Positions 50,759 through 60,952 of a stretch of 64,000 nt of DNA are shown here, one piece after another. The stretch is from an uncultured Bacteroidota bacterium (GTDB lineage: Bacteria > Bacteroidota > Bacteroidia > JABEUT01). Below the pieces are notes generated by a model, which was given only the letters and a program-made list of their open reading frames with translations, had not been told where the DNA came from and ran no database searches. Numbering within the stretch: position 1 is the first letter of the stretch; each line of letters opens with the position of its first letter. The position numbers and the translations under genes were made by a program. Location of the stretch: the NCBI GenBank assembly GCA_903901055.1, contig CAIUPO010000083.1:30705-94704 (forward strand), read 5' to 3'.

Positions 50759-52051
50759 TTACATCCCCGCTGTTCCTTCTTCCTTATCCTCATCCGGCAT
50801 TTGAGCCAGTGGAGTTCTGCGGAAGAGTGCAAGTAATTCCCAATTGCGGTTTATGCACCAGTTGATATGGTTACTGAGAACTATGATTGTATTTTTCTTC
50901 TTTACATCCCTTATAAAATCGCAGTTAAACCCGTGCCACCATCCGCCGTGGTAAACTATGGTATCACCACCAAATAACATTAAGTGCCATCCAAAACCGT
51001 AGCTACGGTTGCCCATCCAGCGAGTGTGGGGAGTGAATGCTTCTTTCAGGGTAGCCTGTGTTACCAGTTTATTTCCATATAAAGCCTGATCCCATTTCAA
51101 TAAGTCGTTTACAGTAGAGTACACACCTTTATCACCTGCAATTCCATCCAGGAAATCAAATCCGGCACGGCGGTATCCGGCATTATATCCGGTAACTCTG
51201 TTAGGTATCGCGGTATCATACTTATCATAAATAAAAGTCCGTGTCATTTGCAAAGGTTCAAACACATTTTTGCGAAGGAAATCAGCAAACCTGTATCCGG
51301 TAATCTTTTCTACCACCGAAGCAAGAACCGCATAATTTGTGTTGCAGTAGTTATAAAGTTTGTTGGGTTTAAAATAGCAGCGAGGCTGATACTTGGCAAG
51401 CATTGCCATCATCTGCATATTATCAATCAATGTTGCCTGGTCTCTGCATTCTTCACTGCATGTAAACATATAATTAGGCAAACCGGAACGATGGTCAAGG
51501 CACATACGGATAGTTACACCCTTATATGGAAAATCAGGGAAATATTTACAAACTGAATCATCATAACTCAACAGTCCTCTTTCTTTTAAAATCATAATTG
51601 ATACGGCAGTAAACTGCTTTGACACCGAACCTAACTGGAATTCGGATGTATCGGTAAGCATTTCCTTCGATTTAAAATCAGAATACCCAAACTGCTTTGT
51701 GTAAAGCACCTTGCCATTATGAGCAATTAAAGCACTTCCATTGAAACGTGAATTGCTTACAAGAATATTAAAAAATGAATCTGCAGATTGTGCTTCGTAT
51801 TTTTCGAGCGGGGAAAAAATTACGCTGTCTTTAAATTTAGGAAGTTTAACCGTTGAAGTATCCTTTAAACTCTTGGCAGCAACAACGGCTTTCGGATTGA
51901 GATCGTTATTTTTTACTTTGCCGATAGCCTCACCACTTGTGAATAATGACCACATCCCACCCCCGCATATAAGAAGAGTTAGCGCCTGCCAGAAAGTTCC
52001 TAAATTCAAAAAACCTCCGGACAAGTTATTACCACTTTTTGTTTCCCGCAT
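50759..52051 (-). CDS. Serine hydrolase, beta-lactamase/transpeptidase fold (class C-like)
   Basis: S-x-x-K motif FQLGSVSKQFTA. YxN-like motif. Confidence 0.85.
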   Translation of the reverse strand: MRETKSGNNLSGGFLNLGTFWQALTLLICGGGMWSLFTSGEAIGKVKNNDLNPKAVVAAKSLKDTSTVKLPKFKDSVIFSPLEKYEAQSADSFFNILVSNSRFNGSALIAHNGKVLYTKQFGYSDFKSKEMLTDTSEFQLGSVSKQFTAVSIMILKERGLLSYDDSVCKYFPDFPYKGVTIRMCLDHRSGLPNYMFTCSEECRDQATLIDNMQMMAMLAKYQPRCYFKPNKLYNYCNTNYAVLASVVEKITGYRFADFLRKNVFEPLQMTRTFIYDKYDTAIPNRVTGYNAGYRRAGFDFLDGIAGDKGVYSTVNDLLKWDQALYGNKLVTQATLKEAFTPHTRWMGNRSYGFGWHLMLFGGDTIVYHGGWWHGFNCDFIRDVKKKNTIIVLSNHINWCINRNWELLALFRRTPLAQMPDEDKEEGTAGM

Positions 52052-52053
52052 TC

Positions 52054-52914
52054 CTATTTTTGTTTAACCTCTATTACTAATAACTTTGATTCGCTCCAGA
52101 ATAATTTCTGGTTTGTGATAATTAGTGAATCCACTTTTTTATCACCCTTTATTGTATACGAACCTGACGGATGATTTGTTATGATTTTATCAACCTTGCT
52201 GTACAAGGGCAATGTGTGTATACTATACATGTCGGCACTGGTAAAATATGAAGTGTTGGTATTTGACTTTAACGACTCGGTTGCACCAACGCCAAGCACA
52301 CCGCCTTTTTTCATAATCACTCCTTTATTTATCAATTCTTTTTTTGTACCAATCGCATAGTATATTGTGTTTTGTTCAGCTATCACCTGGTGTTGGTGGT
52401 TAATCACCTCCATGCTATCGCTAAACTTCTTCATTTCCGATTTCAGATTTGCATTCGCTTCTGCAAGTTTGCTTTGCAATGCAGATATGTCTGCATCTTT
52501 CTCAGTAAGTTCTTCAGTAAGGTGCGCAATCATCTTTTCCAGTTCGGCATTTTTCACACCCGAAGCGCCAAGTTTCTTTTTCATAGCGTCGAGTTCTTCC
52601 TTATTTTTCATCATCAGGTCGCCGATGAAACGCATGTCAGCGATAATCATAGATTTCTTATCACGTCCTTCGCCATTGCCATTCATGCTCATTATCTTGG
52701 CCCTTATCTTAATAGAATCAAGGTTATCCTGAATTTCATTGAATGACTTAATGTACGCAGTAATTGATGAATCCTGCTCCTGGCTTTTCAATGCCAATAA
52801 GGAATCATGCACCTTTACGCTTTTCAATTGTGCCTGCTGTTGCAACTCTGCTTCCTTATTTTTGCATGCCATAAGCGAAGAGAAGACCAATGCTATAACA
52901 AGATATTTTTTCAT
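52054..52914 (-). CDS. Hypothetical coiled-coil lipoprotein
   Basis: Lipobox LMAC. Long helical region, then a C-terminal beta-rich domain. Confidence 0.55.
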   Translation of the reverse strand: MKKYLVIALVFSSLMACKNKEAELQQQAQLKSVKVHDSLLALKSQEQDSSITAYIKSFNEIQDNLDSIKIRAKIMSMNGNGEGRDKKSMIIADMRFIGDLMMKNKEELDAMKKKLGASGVKNAELEKMIAHLTEELTEKDADISALQSKLAEANANLKSEMKKFSDSMEVINHQHQVIAEQNTIYYAIGTKKELINKGVIMKKGGVLGVGATESLKSNTNTSYFTSADMYSIHTLPLYSKVDKIITNHPSGSYTIKGDKKVDSLIITNQKLFWSESKLLVIEVKQK

Positions 52915-53188
52915 TTGTGTATTCCTGTGTTAACTGAATGATGCAAAGATAAAAATTGTAACCAATCTTGCTTACGTAGGTACACTACATTTTTATTCAC
53001 ACTTTTTTCAACATGACTTTTATCATCTAATCTCTGAAGTTGACTGCCATTTGGCCGTTATTGATGTATCTGAAAATTATTACTTCTGTGGAATATTTTC
53101 AATTATTGGCACTATGAATGCGGTATTTTACCTAAAGACGTTCAATTACATGATTTATTTTAATCACCCCCAAAGGCTAACCAGAGCG

Positions 53189-54811
53189 CTAATCCTGCAA
53201 GGAATGCAATGCCACAAGATGTGCATTAGCCATCAGGCTGAGGGTAATTCCTTTGGCGGGCAAATACCGGAAACCGGAGCCATCGGCCACAAAAACATTC
53301 GAAGTTCCATATATCCTTCCTGAAGGATGCAGATGGAAATCCCTTTTATAGGCACTGAATGGAAGGCAACCGGCATAATGCGCATTTGTGCCATACCCGG
53401 GATTTGCCTTTTTTAAAGTATAACAACCTAACTTTCGCATAGCAGCCGCAAATTTCCGTTCACGTTTGCGGATTTTAGATAACTCGGCAGATGACAGATC
53501 ATAAACTATTTTAAGTGCATCCCTGGTAACAGAATCAGGGGAAGAAACCAGTTCAACATACTTTATAGAAGAACTGCTGTCGGGGTGATGCACACCCATA
53601 ACTGAAACTGCCGGCAGGAAATATTGCAATAATATCCTACCATCTTTAAAGTTAACGGGCAACTCTTTAATAGCCCGGAATTGCATCATGGACCTATAAC
53701 TGTAAATGGATGCAGCGCTGACGTTAAGATTCGTATGTTCCGGGTCGTGGAAGAGCATAAGTTGGGCTAACGCAGTACGCGGCTCATTTAGATGCACGCC
53801 CAACATAGAAGGTTGCAACATGCCAAAATACTTGAATGGGTCGGAAAGCAAAGGTAACTTTACCTCACGCTGCCCACCCATGGAACGAAGTACTATCCTT
53901 GCGGTGCTTAGTGTTCCGGTGCATAGAATGAGTTTTTTGCATTTAAAGCTTTTGCGCTCACCTGTTGCCGTATTAAAGTAGGATACAATTGTTTTCCCTT
54001 CCTCCTCGGCATAACTTATTAATAGAATATTTGGCCTGTAGCTGAATCCGGGATGATCTTTCAATTTTTCAATAGTAATTTCGGGCCTGTAGGCTGATAA
54101 GCCTGCATTGGAGTAATAATCCATTTCATCGTAAGAAACAGAATTCCTGTCGTCCATTTTTGCAGTAAGCAGGGCGAGTGAAGGTTTACCTAAATAGAAT
54201 CCTTTATCATTCAGATATTTCTTTTTTATTTTATATTTTTGATATATTGATTCAGCGTTGGAATCAATATTAACCGGCTTCTGGATATTCCTAAGGTTAC
54301 CCAATGTGTAAGGTAATCCATCATCATCCTCTGCGCTTATGCCAATACGGTCGGCAATTTTCTGATAGGCCTCTTTCATATTTGGAGAAAGCCCTGCTTC
54401 TTTCAGTTCTTTATCCGAATAGGTATAACAGCCCAAACCCCATGTACCTCCTAACCCGCCAAGGCTAAGGCTTTCAATAGAATTGAACGTATCTGAAATA
54501 ACCGGTAAATATTTCTCTGTATGTTCAGTAATATACCTTCGTGCAGGTGTAACAAGGGATTTCCCTCGCTCCTTTTTAATTGAAACGGATTCGAAATTTT
54601 TACCAAGCCAGTATTTATATTGGGCAGAATCTTCCCTCCTTATCTGAAGGAAATTTTCTTTCGGGCCTGTCGGTATATTGTCGGAATGGCCAAAACCAGT
54701 ATCAATCATAAGCACCCTTGCTCCTTTCTCAAGGATAGTTTGCGCAGCCATAGCACCGGTGCAGCCTGATCCTGCCACCACTATATCGTGTATTTCTTCG
54801 GCTATATCCAC
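53189..54811 (-). CDS. GMC-family FAD-dependent oxidoreductase
   Basis: N-terminal DIVVAGSGCTGAMAA dinucleotide fold. C-terminal GTSNVFVADGSGFRYLPAKGITLSLMANAH. Confidence 0.75.
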   Translation of the reverse strand: MDIAEEIHDIVVAGSGCTGAMAAQTILEKGARVLMIDTGFGHSDNIPTGPKENFLQIRREDSAQYKYWLGKNFESVSIKKERGKSLVTPARRYITEHTEKYLPVISDTFNSIESLSLGGLGGTWGLGCYTYSDKELKEAGLSPNMKEAYQKIADRIGISAEDDDGLPYTLGNLRNIQKPVNIDSNAESIYQKYKIKKKYLNDKGFYLGKPSLALLTAKMDDRNSVSYDEMDYYSNAGLSAYRPEITIEKLKDHPGFSYRPNILLISYAEEEGKTIVSYFNTATGERKSFKCKKLILCTGTLSTARIVLRSMGGQREVKLPLLSDPFKYFGMLQPSMLGVHLNEPRTALAQLMLFHDPEHTNLNVSAASIYSYRSMMQFRAIKELPVNFKDGRILLQYFLPAVSVMGVHHPDSSSSIKYVELVSSPDSVTRDALKIVYDLSSAELSKIRKRERKFAAAMRKLGCYTLKKANPGYGTNAHYAGCLPFSAYKRDFHLHPSGRIYGTSNVFVADGSGFRYLPAKGITLSLMANAHLVALHSLQD

Positions 54812-55209
54812 AACAATAAAATTAAACCTACCAGTAATCGGAAGCCTGAAAGAAGTATGCGTAAAATGGCTGAAAAAATATGCTTTTTTGGGTATGACGA
54901 TGGAAGAAAATAACGGCTGTAGGCTGGAATACTTTCGGTGATACAGAACATCAGGTATATTTTTTTACGTATTCCTCCATCCGGATGAACCATCGCCAAA
55001 GCTGCATCAATCCAAGCCACCATCCTTGGGTTATCAATCAAATATGCTATCTGTCTCCTTTCTTTTGGAGTAACTTCAATCCCCAGTTTGTTGTTTGCCG
55101 AAACATATAATTGTATGGTTTGGTCTGTCGCTTCCTCACCAACAATATATTTACAAAAAACCTTCGCTTCTTGTTTTATTATTTCTTCATCGGTGGAAAA
55201 AAAACTCAT
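54802..55209 (-). CDS. Hypothetical small protein with C-terminal hydrophobic anchor, overlapping the GMC oxidoreductase start
   Basis: ORF and 10-nt overlap only. Confidence 0.4.
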   Translation of the reverse strand: MSFFSTDEEIIKQEAKVFCKYIVGEEATDQTIQLYVSANNKLGIEVTPKERRQIAYLIDNPRMVAWIDAALAMVHPDGGIRKKIYLMFCITESIPAYSRYFLPSSYPKKHIFSAILRILLSGFRLLVGLILLLWI

Positions 55210-55282
55210 TACTCACCAGTTTAGGGGCGAGTAAAAATAAGTAATTTGTTTAAACAGCAGTTACTTTCGGGCAATTTCCATA

Positions 55283-56149
55283 TTAAGCTGATGCCTCGTA
55301 CGACACAATTGGCTTAATACTTAAAACAGGTATTTTGGAATGGTTTACAATCTGCCTTGCAAATGCGCCCATAAACATACCGGTCATATTCGATTCATGA
55401 TCGGTCATAATAGCTAGCAATTCTGCATTTACCTCATCGGCATATTTCATTGCTTCCATGGCAATATTATTTCCTTTTACAACCTTACGAACACAAACCA
55501 GCCCTGCCTTCTGAATAGCATCCTCAACCGTGCTGACCTTAATATTGAATTTGGCCAAATCTGATTTATCGGTACTTTGAATAAGACCCAACAGATGCAC
55601 TACGGCTTTACATTTTGCTGCTATAGGTAATACATTGCTTACCTTTTGCCTGGAATGTAAAGACTCATCAATTGGCAACACAATTGATTTTATACCCATC
55701 GATTTAAATCCTTCAGGAATAGTAATTACCGGACATGGAGCCAGATTTACAACCTTATGTGCGGTGCTTCCCATAAATAACTCCTGGAACCCGCTTGCAC
55801 CATGAGAACCCATCACTATCAAATCGATATCATTATCAACGACGGCTTCAGAAATTTTAGATGCAGGTTTTCCTGTGGTAACACTGTTCTTTACAAACAC
55901 GCCATATTTTTTGGTGATGTTCTCAGCCATCTCTCCTAGTTTTTGGGTAACTATTTCCTGAAGTTTGCCCTTATCTGAACCTTGGCTAAACCATGCCGGC
56001 GGATAACTGCTAGCCCCTTCCATAATATGCAATAAAATAACATCGGCACGTGTTGCATTTGCAATAAAGGCTCCTTGCTCAACTGCACAATCACCTGAGG
56101 GTGAAAAGTCAACCGGAATAAGTATCCGGTGCAAATTTTTACTATTCAT
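55283..56149 (-). CDS. Universal stress protein, tandem UspA domains
   Basis: ILIPVDFS...VILLHI and two Usp ATP-binding motifs (GSHGASG). Confidence 0.85.
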   Translation of the reverse strand: MNSKNLHRILIPVDFSPSGDCAVEQGAFIANATRADVILLHIMEGASSYPPAWFSQGSDKGKLQEIVTQKLGEMAENITKKYGVFVKNSVTTGKPASKISEAVVDNDIDLIVMGSHGASGFQELFMGSTAHKVVNLAPCPVITIPEGFKSMGIKSIVLPIDESLHSRQKVSNVLPIAAKCKAVVHLLGLIQSTDKSDLAKFNIKVSTVEDAIQKAGLVCVRKVVKGNNIAMEAMKYADEVNAELLAIMTDHESNMTGMFMGAFARQIVNHSKIPVLSIKPIVSYEASA

Positions 56150-56430
56150 GGGGTGGGTGTTTAAAATTATTAGTTACTCTCCAGTGCTTAATTCCGGTTT
56201 AATCTGATTCAGGAAGAATTCTATTCTTCCACTATTTATAATTACCCGCTTACGAGTACAAATATAATAATCAAATTTTGTTATACAAAGGAGATCGTTG
56301 ATTATTTTTCAACTATAATAAACTCAAAAGAAGCTCATTTAGTATCCCTTACAGGAAAAAATAAGGCATTAAGCCCTTGTAATCAAGAACTTAAAATAAG
56401 GGGAGGTTTAAATAGAATTATAAAAGAAAA

Positions 56431-57321
56431 CTAAATCACGCCTGTTCCGCCGGCAGGGTCAAAATCCTCAATATGAGCTTCCAGTGGGCGGATGCTCATT
56501 ACCGGTATTTTAGAGTGGTTTACAATCTGTTTTGCAACCGTACCCAGGAACATCCCTGTCAGGTCGCTCTCGTGGTCGGTCATAATAACAATTAAATCAC
56601 CATTCACTTCTTCCGAGTATTTCATTGCTTCTACAGCAGGGTTATGGCCCCTTACCAACTTAGTGGTATATTTAATATTAGCGTGTTTTAAGGTATGTAA
56701 TACTGACTCAAGTTTGATACCAAATTTATTATCATCAACAGGATCGTTGGTTTCAAGCAATCCCATTACATGCACAGTCGAGTTATATTTCGAAGCTATA
56801 TCAATAACGTTATTCACCTTTTGGCGTGAATGAAGTCCGTTGGCAATTGGCATTACAATATTTGAGAAACCAACATTGGTGGTAGTCACACGTATGCTTA
56901 TTACAGGGCAGTGCGCCAGGTTTACCACCTTGTGTGCGTTGCTGCCCATAAAAAATTCTTCGAAGCCACTTGCACCGTGAGTTCCCATTACAATTATATC
57001 AATATTATTTTCCTTTATAGCATCGGTAATTGCAGCAGCAGGCTTGCCACTAACAGTCAACTGGGTAATGTCAACCTTGTATTTTGAACTGATTTCTTCG
57101 GCTACTTTTTTAAGTTCGGCTACACCCATCTGGTAAACCTTTTCTGCCTCCTGAACAAGTACTGGCTCGCCCGGACCTCCTGTGTAAAGTGTTGTTTCCA
57201 CTGAATGCAACAGGAAAATTTTTGCATTAAAAAGGTGCGCCATGTTTGCACCGTGTGCTACAGCAAGATTGGCAGTTTCTGAAAAATCAGTAGGGATTAA
57301 GATGTTCTTTATAGTTGACAT
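56431..57321 (-). CDS. Universal stress protein, tandem UspA domains (paralog)
   Basis: ILIPTDFSE...FLLHSV...GTHGASG. Confidence 0.85.
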   Translation of the reverse strand: MSTIKNILIPTDFSETANLAVAHGANMAHLFNAKIFLLHSVETTLYTGGPGEPVLVQEAEKVYQMGVAELKKVAEEISSKYKVDITQLTVSGKPAAAITDAIKENNIDIIVMGTHGASGFEEFFMGSNAHKVVNLAHCPVISIRVTTTNVGFSNIVMPIANGLHSRQKVNNVIDIASKYNSTVHVMGLLETNDPVDDNKFGIKLESVLHTLKHANIKYTTKLVRGHNPAVEAMKYSEEVNGDLIVIMTDHESDLTGMFLGTVAKQIVNHSKIPVMSIRPLEAHIEDFDPAGGTGVI

Positions 57322-57427
57322 GAATCAATATTGTTTTATGATTTGGAGCGCCAAAAATAGCATAATGCACGGAATGAAAATATTTTTTCTAAAACCCTTC
57401 ATGGTATTTTAATATATTTGTATAGAA

Positions 57428-57916
57428 ATGAGGAGTATTCTTAAGGCACGACTTATTGCTGTATATATTTTAGTTTCAACAGTTGGGTTTTCCCAAACCG
57501 GAATAAAAGCCCATGTTGCGGATAAAGAATCAGGCAAACCTTTGCTTAATACAGTGGTTGTTCTTTTAAAGAACGGCATTGAAACCGCACAAACATTTAC
57601 CGATTCCAGTGGAGTAGCCAATTTCCGGGTTGCGGATACAGGTATGTTTGATGTAAGAGTTATTTGCTCCACCTATTTCGACTATCTTTTAAAGGGTGTA
57701 TTAATAAAACACAACATGATTACCCATGTAGAGATTCAAATGCATTCTGTTACATACATAGAACCATCTTATCACTATGGGAATGTATGTACCTTAGGTG
57801 GAGACGATAAAATTAAGGAAGGAAGTTTAGGATATGGTAATCTTGATAGCACCGCTGTAAGAAGACTGCCATCAAATGATTTGCGGTATATTCTGGATTT
57901 TTATCCCCTCAAATGA
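57428..57916 (+). CDS. Carboxypeptidase-regulatory-like (CarbopepD_reg) domain secreted protein
   Basis: Signal peptide. HVADKESGKPLLNTVVVL...SGVANFRV typical of the Ig-like CarbopepD_reg fold. Confidence 0.45.
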   Translation: MRSILKARLIAVYILVSTVGFSQTGIKAHVADKESGKPLLNTVVVLLKNGIETAQTFTDSSGVANFRVADTGMFDVRVICSTYFDYLLKGVLIKHNMITHVEIQMHSVTYIEPSYHYGNVCTLGGDDKIKEGSLGYGNLDSTAVRRLPSNDLRYILDFYPLK

Positions 57917-57931
57917 ATACTGTATTTCTTG

Positions 57932-58075
57932 AATTGCCGTCTGCTTTAGCTGACAGTGTATAATTGAACTCTTGTTTTTGGCTTTAGCCTGAAACAAACT
58001 TATAATAGTTCTTTTAAGGCTAAAGCCATTATTTATTTGGACTTTTTTATTCGTCAGCTAAAGCAGACGGCAATT
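57932..58075. mobile_element. MITE-like 144-bp element with perfect 23-bp terminal inverted repeats (AATTGCCGTCTGCTTTAGCTGAC) and a nested 12-bp inner inverted repeat (TGGCTTTAGCCT)
   Basis: Direct reading. Both stems share the GCTTTAGC core. Confidence 0.45.
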
Positions 58076-58099
58076 AAAAATCCGGAAAATTTACAAGCC

Positions 58100-58234
58100 T
58101 TACTCGTGCTGCTGCTTATGGCCTGAATACTCCTGCATTTTTTCTTTGATAAAAACAAAAGTAGAGGAGAGAAGCAGAACCGGGAGGGGAGCCATCATTA
58201 TCACGATGAACGTCCATTTTACAACTTGATCCAT
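58100..58234 (-). CDS. Possible 44-aa single-TM small protein (MDQVVKWTFIVIMMAPLPVLLLSSTFVFIKEKMQEYSGHKQQHE)
   Basis: Manual translation. Below the ORF-track length cutoff. Confidence 0.25.
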   Translation of the reverse strand: MDQVVKWTFIVIMMAPLPVLLLSSTFVFIKEKMQEYSGHKQQHE

Positions 58235-58294
58235 AGAATTTAGATTAGGGGGGTTAGATGTATTTATTTATTATATATAGTTATTTGTTTTTGT

Positions 58295-58669
58295 CTATGC
58301 CATTTGTACTTTGCTGTGCCCGCACGACTCTATTCTTTCAAATAGCTTGGGGAAATCGATTGGTTTAGAGAAGAAACTTCCAGACTCTACTCCATGCGAA
58401 TTCAAAATCACTTTTTCCTGTTCACATGCCGACATCAGGATTACAGGTATATTGATAAAGTAAAAACTCTTCAACATGGTTATCAAGGTAAATCCGGATA
58501 TGCAGGGCATCATAACATCGCTTATAACAAGGTCGATTTTATCTTCTGAAATAATGCGGAGCGATTCAACACCATTGCTGGTTGTAAAAACGCTGTAGCC
58601 TTTATCCTTCAGCTTTTTTGATAACACCGACAACATTACTTTATCATCATCTACAATAAGTATTTTCAT
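58295..58669 (-). CDS. Single-domain response regulator (CheY-like receiver)
   Basis: MKILIVDDDKVMLSVL...DLVISDVMMP with a conserved Asp pocket. The ORF track extends to 58693. Confidence 0.75.
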   Translation of the reverse strand: MKILIVDDDKVMLSVLSKKLKDKGYSVFTTSNGVESLRIISEDKIDLVISDVMMPCISGFTLITMLKSFYFINIPVILMSACEQEKVILNSHGVESGSFFSKPIDFPKLFERIESCGHSKVQMA

Positions 58670-58931
58670 ATCATGCAATTCTTTATTAAACATGTTAATT
58701 AGAAGGGGTTATCAAGGCTTTTAAAAATTGAAAGTTTACGTTTTCCCTATACATTAATGGAACTATTCCCCGTAAGTCCCTGTGCGGACGTTCACTTTCC
58801 TGCTTATGCAGATTTTTTACCAAACTTTTTAATGAGTCGTCTTCTAAGGAATTCTGTTCCATCACTTGTATTTCTAATTTTATACAGGTTTCGGGATGAA
58901 ATAGTTACAAAAAGCAACGAAAAACTATAAA

Positions 58932-58975
58932 TACTCAGATATAAGATATGAGATATAAGATATAAGATATTGATT
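58932..58975. repeat. Tandem GATATAAGATAT(GA) octamer-type repeat
   Basis: cagatataagatatgagatataagatataagatattg. Confidence 0.55.
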
Positions 58976-59066
58976 GTGTGAAAGAAACAATCAATTTTTT
59001 AGCAACTAAAAATTACGGTGTTATTCACCGTTCATTGTTGATAGCTACTTGTTAAAAGCTATTTGC

Positions 59067-59723
59067 TTACTGTAAAAAGTGATATTGAACCCCAACGTTA
59101 ATACCTTCTCCCGATAGTTTAAAAGAAGAAAGGATATACTGGTTATAGTTGGAAACATTACTGGTAAGGTTCGGATAATTCATGTTCGGGAAAACCAAGG
59201 TGATGTTAAAACCAAACCGTGATATATAAATTCGTGAAGTAATGTGAAAATCGAACCAGGATCCCGAACCGTATATCTGGTCATTGGTTCCATTGCTTGA
59301 CGTTATAGTGAGGTTTGAATATCCGGCATTGAACCCGGCAAGCAAATCAAAATGGGTATGCCTGATTATATGAAAATTAATGATTGCACCAAATTCAAAA
59401 GCAACTGCCGTTGATACTCCACTGTTCGTATCATTCTTTCCATGTATATATTCATCAAATTGTCCGGCAAGGCCCAGGCCCAGCCAGTTGGTAACACCAT
59501 ACTCAGCGCCAATCTGCGGATTAGATGTAGCTGCGCTACCCGTGCTGCTTTGGGTATTTTTAAATCCATAAAAATCAATACTCTGAGTATATGAAGTACG
59601 AAGAACATCTATACCAAAGCTTCCATAAGCAACCAGCGAGCCTTTCTGAAAAGACTGGGCAGAACTGATAGTGAAGAGTGATGAGCTAAGAGCTAAGAGT
59701 GAAACCGCAATTATTTTTTTCAT
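59067..59723 (-). CDS. Small outer-membrane beta-barrel (porin-family/OmpW-like) protein
   Basis: Signal peptide. Alternating amphipathic strands. Confidence 0.5.
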   Translation of the reverse strand: MKKIIAVSLLALSSSLFTISSAQSFQKGSLVAYGSFGIDVLRTSYTQSIDFYGFKNTQSSTGSAATSNPQIGAEYGVTNWLGLGLAGQFDEYIHGKNDTNSGVSTAVAFEFGAIINFHIIRHTHFDLLAGFNAGYSNLTITSSNGTNDQIYGSGSWFDFHITSRIYISRFGFNITLVFPNMNYPNLTSNVSNYNQYILSSFKLSGEGINVGVQYHFLQ

Positions 59724-59744
59724 GGTATTGTATTATGTTGCAAA

Positions 59745-59790
59745 TCTAAAAAATAAAAAGGAGGGGAACAAACCCCTCCTTACACAAAAT
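59745..59790 (-). terminator. Rho-independent terminator after the 357-aa T9SS gene (AGGAGGGGaacaaaCCCCTCCT followed by a T-run on the minus strand)
   Basis: Direct reading. Confidence 0.7.
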
Positions 59791-59805
59791 ACTAACAATG
59801 GACTA

Positions 59806-60879
59806 TTAAAGCTTCGTTACCTTCTTCTCAACCCTTTGTCCGTTCGATTCGATTGTGAGGAAATATACACCTGAGTGCAGCGATTCAATATTTAACTGAA
59901 CAGGGCCACTTGCCACCGACTGACGGCTCAACGTTAAAACATTCCGTCCTAATACATCTGTAAGATAGAAATCAGCTTGCCCTTTGATGCCACTTACAGT
60001 AACATTCAGGATGCTATTAGCAGGATTAGGATATACTTGAACCGGAAATGATTGGGAATTCAAGTGAGCTATTCCTGATGGGGTAGCATTGCCGCAAGGG
60101 CACTTCACTATTACTAAAGAGGTGTCAACCATTGCGCAAGCGGTATCCTGACACCCTGAATTGTCCTTCACTTTACAACAATATGTGCCCGCGCACAATC
60201 CTGTTATTATTTGTGTTGTTTGCCCTCCATGTGACCACAGATATGTAAAAGGTGGGATTCCACCTGTTACAGACGCCGATGCGCTGCCGTCGCACGAGTT
60301 TGTATCTGGAGCAGTAAATAGCGTTATGATAATACCTGAAGTACCACCAACCGAATCTATACAGCTCGCTGTACAGCAGTTATTATCCTTTACCCAACAA
60401 ATATAGTTTCCTGCTGCCAACCCTGTAGCTGTTGCGTTAGTTTGACGGGAAATAGTCCACAAATAAGTATACGGCGGAGTTCCCCCTGCAGCCATAACCG
60501 ATGCAGTTCCGGTTGGGTTTACGCATGTTGTATTATTAGTTGACCCCATAGATACTGCTATTAAAAGTGTTGGCTCTGTAACGCTTGACGAAGCCGTTGC
60601 GGTATTGCCTAAAGCATCTGTTACAACTACTGTATAGGTTCCAACAGTCAGTCCGATAGCTGTATCCTTTGTTCCGCCGGAAGGCGACCACATATAAGTA
60701 TAAGGCATATTTCCTCCACTTGCACTTACAACTATCTTACCAACATTGTCACCGTTACAACATTCATTTTGAATGGTTACAATATTTGCAAATACTTGGG
60801 TTGATTTGAATCCGTCTTTACCAAATACCAGTAAAGAGAATAACTGAAATGTTATTACTGAAATAATTATTTTTTTCAT
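59806..60879 (-). CDS. T9SS type-A CTD protein with three SprB-like repeats
   Basis: Signal peptide. PYTYMWSPSGG / PYTYLWTISRQ repeats. C-terminal QVYPNPANSILNITVSG...VYFLTIESNGQRVEKKVTKL. Confidence 0.8.
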   Translation of the reverse strand: MKKIIISVITFQLFSLLVFGKDGFKSTQVFANIVTIQNECCNGDNVGKIVVSASGGNMPYTYMWSPSGGTKDTAIGLTVGTYTVVVTDALGNTATASSSVTEPTLLIAVSMGSTNNTTCVNPTGTASVMAAGGTPPYTYLWTISRQTNATATGLAAGNYICWVKDNNCCTASCIDSVGGTSGIIITLFTAPDTNSCDGSASASVTGGIPPFTYLWSHGGQTTQIITGLCAGTYCCKVKDNSGCQDTACAMVDTSLVIVKCPCGNATPSGIAHLNSQSFPVQVYPNPANSILNVTVSGIKGQADFYLTDVLGRNVLTLSRQSVASGPVQLNIESLHSGVYFLTIESNGQRVEKKVTKL

Positions 60880-60952
60880 ATTACTATACTAAGAAGAAAA
60901 TGGAGAGTAAAAAAACATTTTCAACTCTCCTCTTTCTTTTAGAAACTATTTA

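Noticed and set aside
58694-58870. Possible ~55-aa minus-strand ORF upstream of the response regulator
   Set aside because: My manual frame check did not give a consistent ATG-to-stop frame. I left it unannotated.
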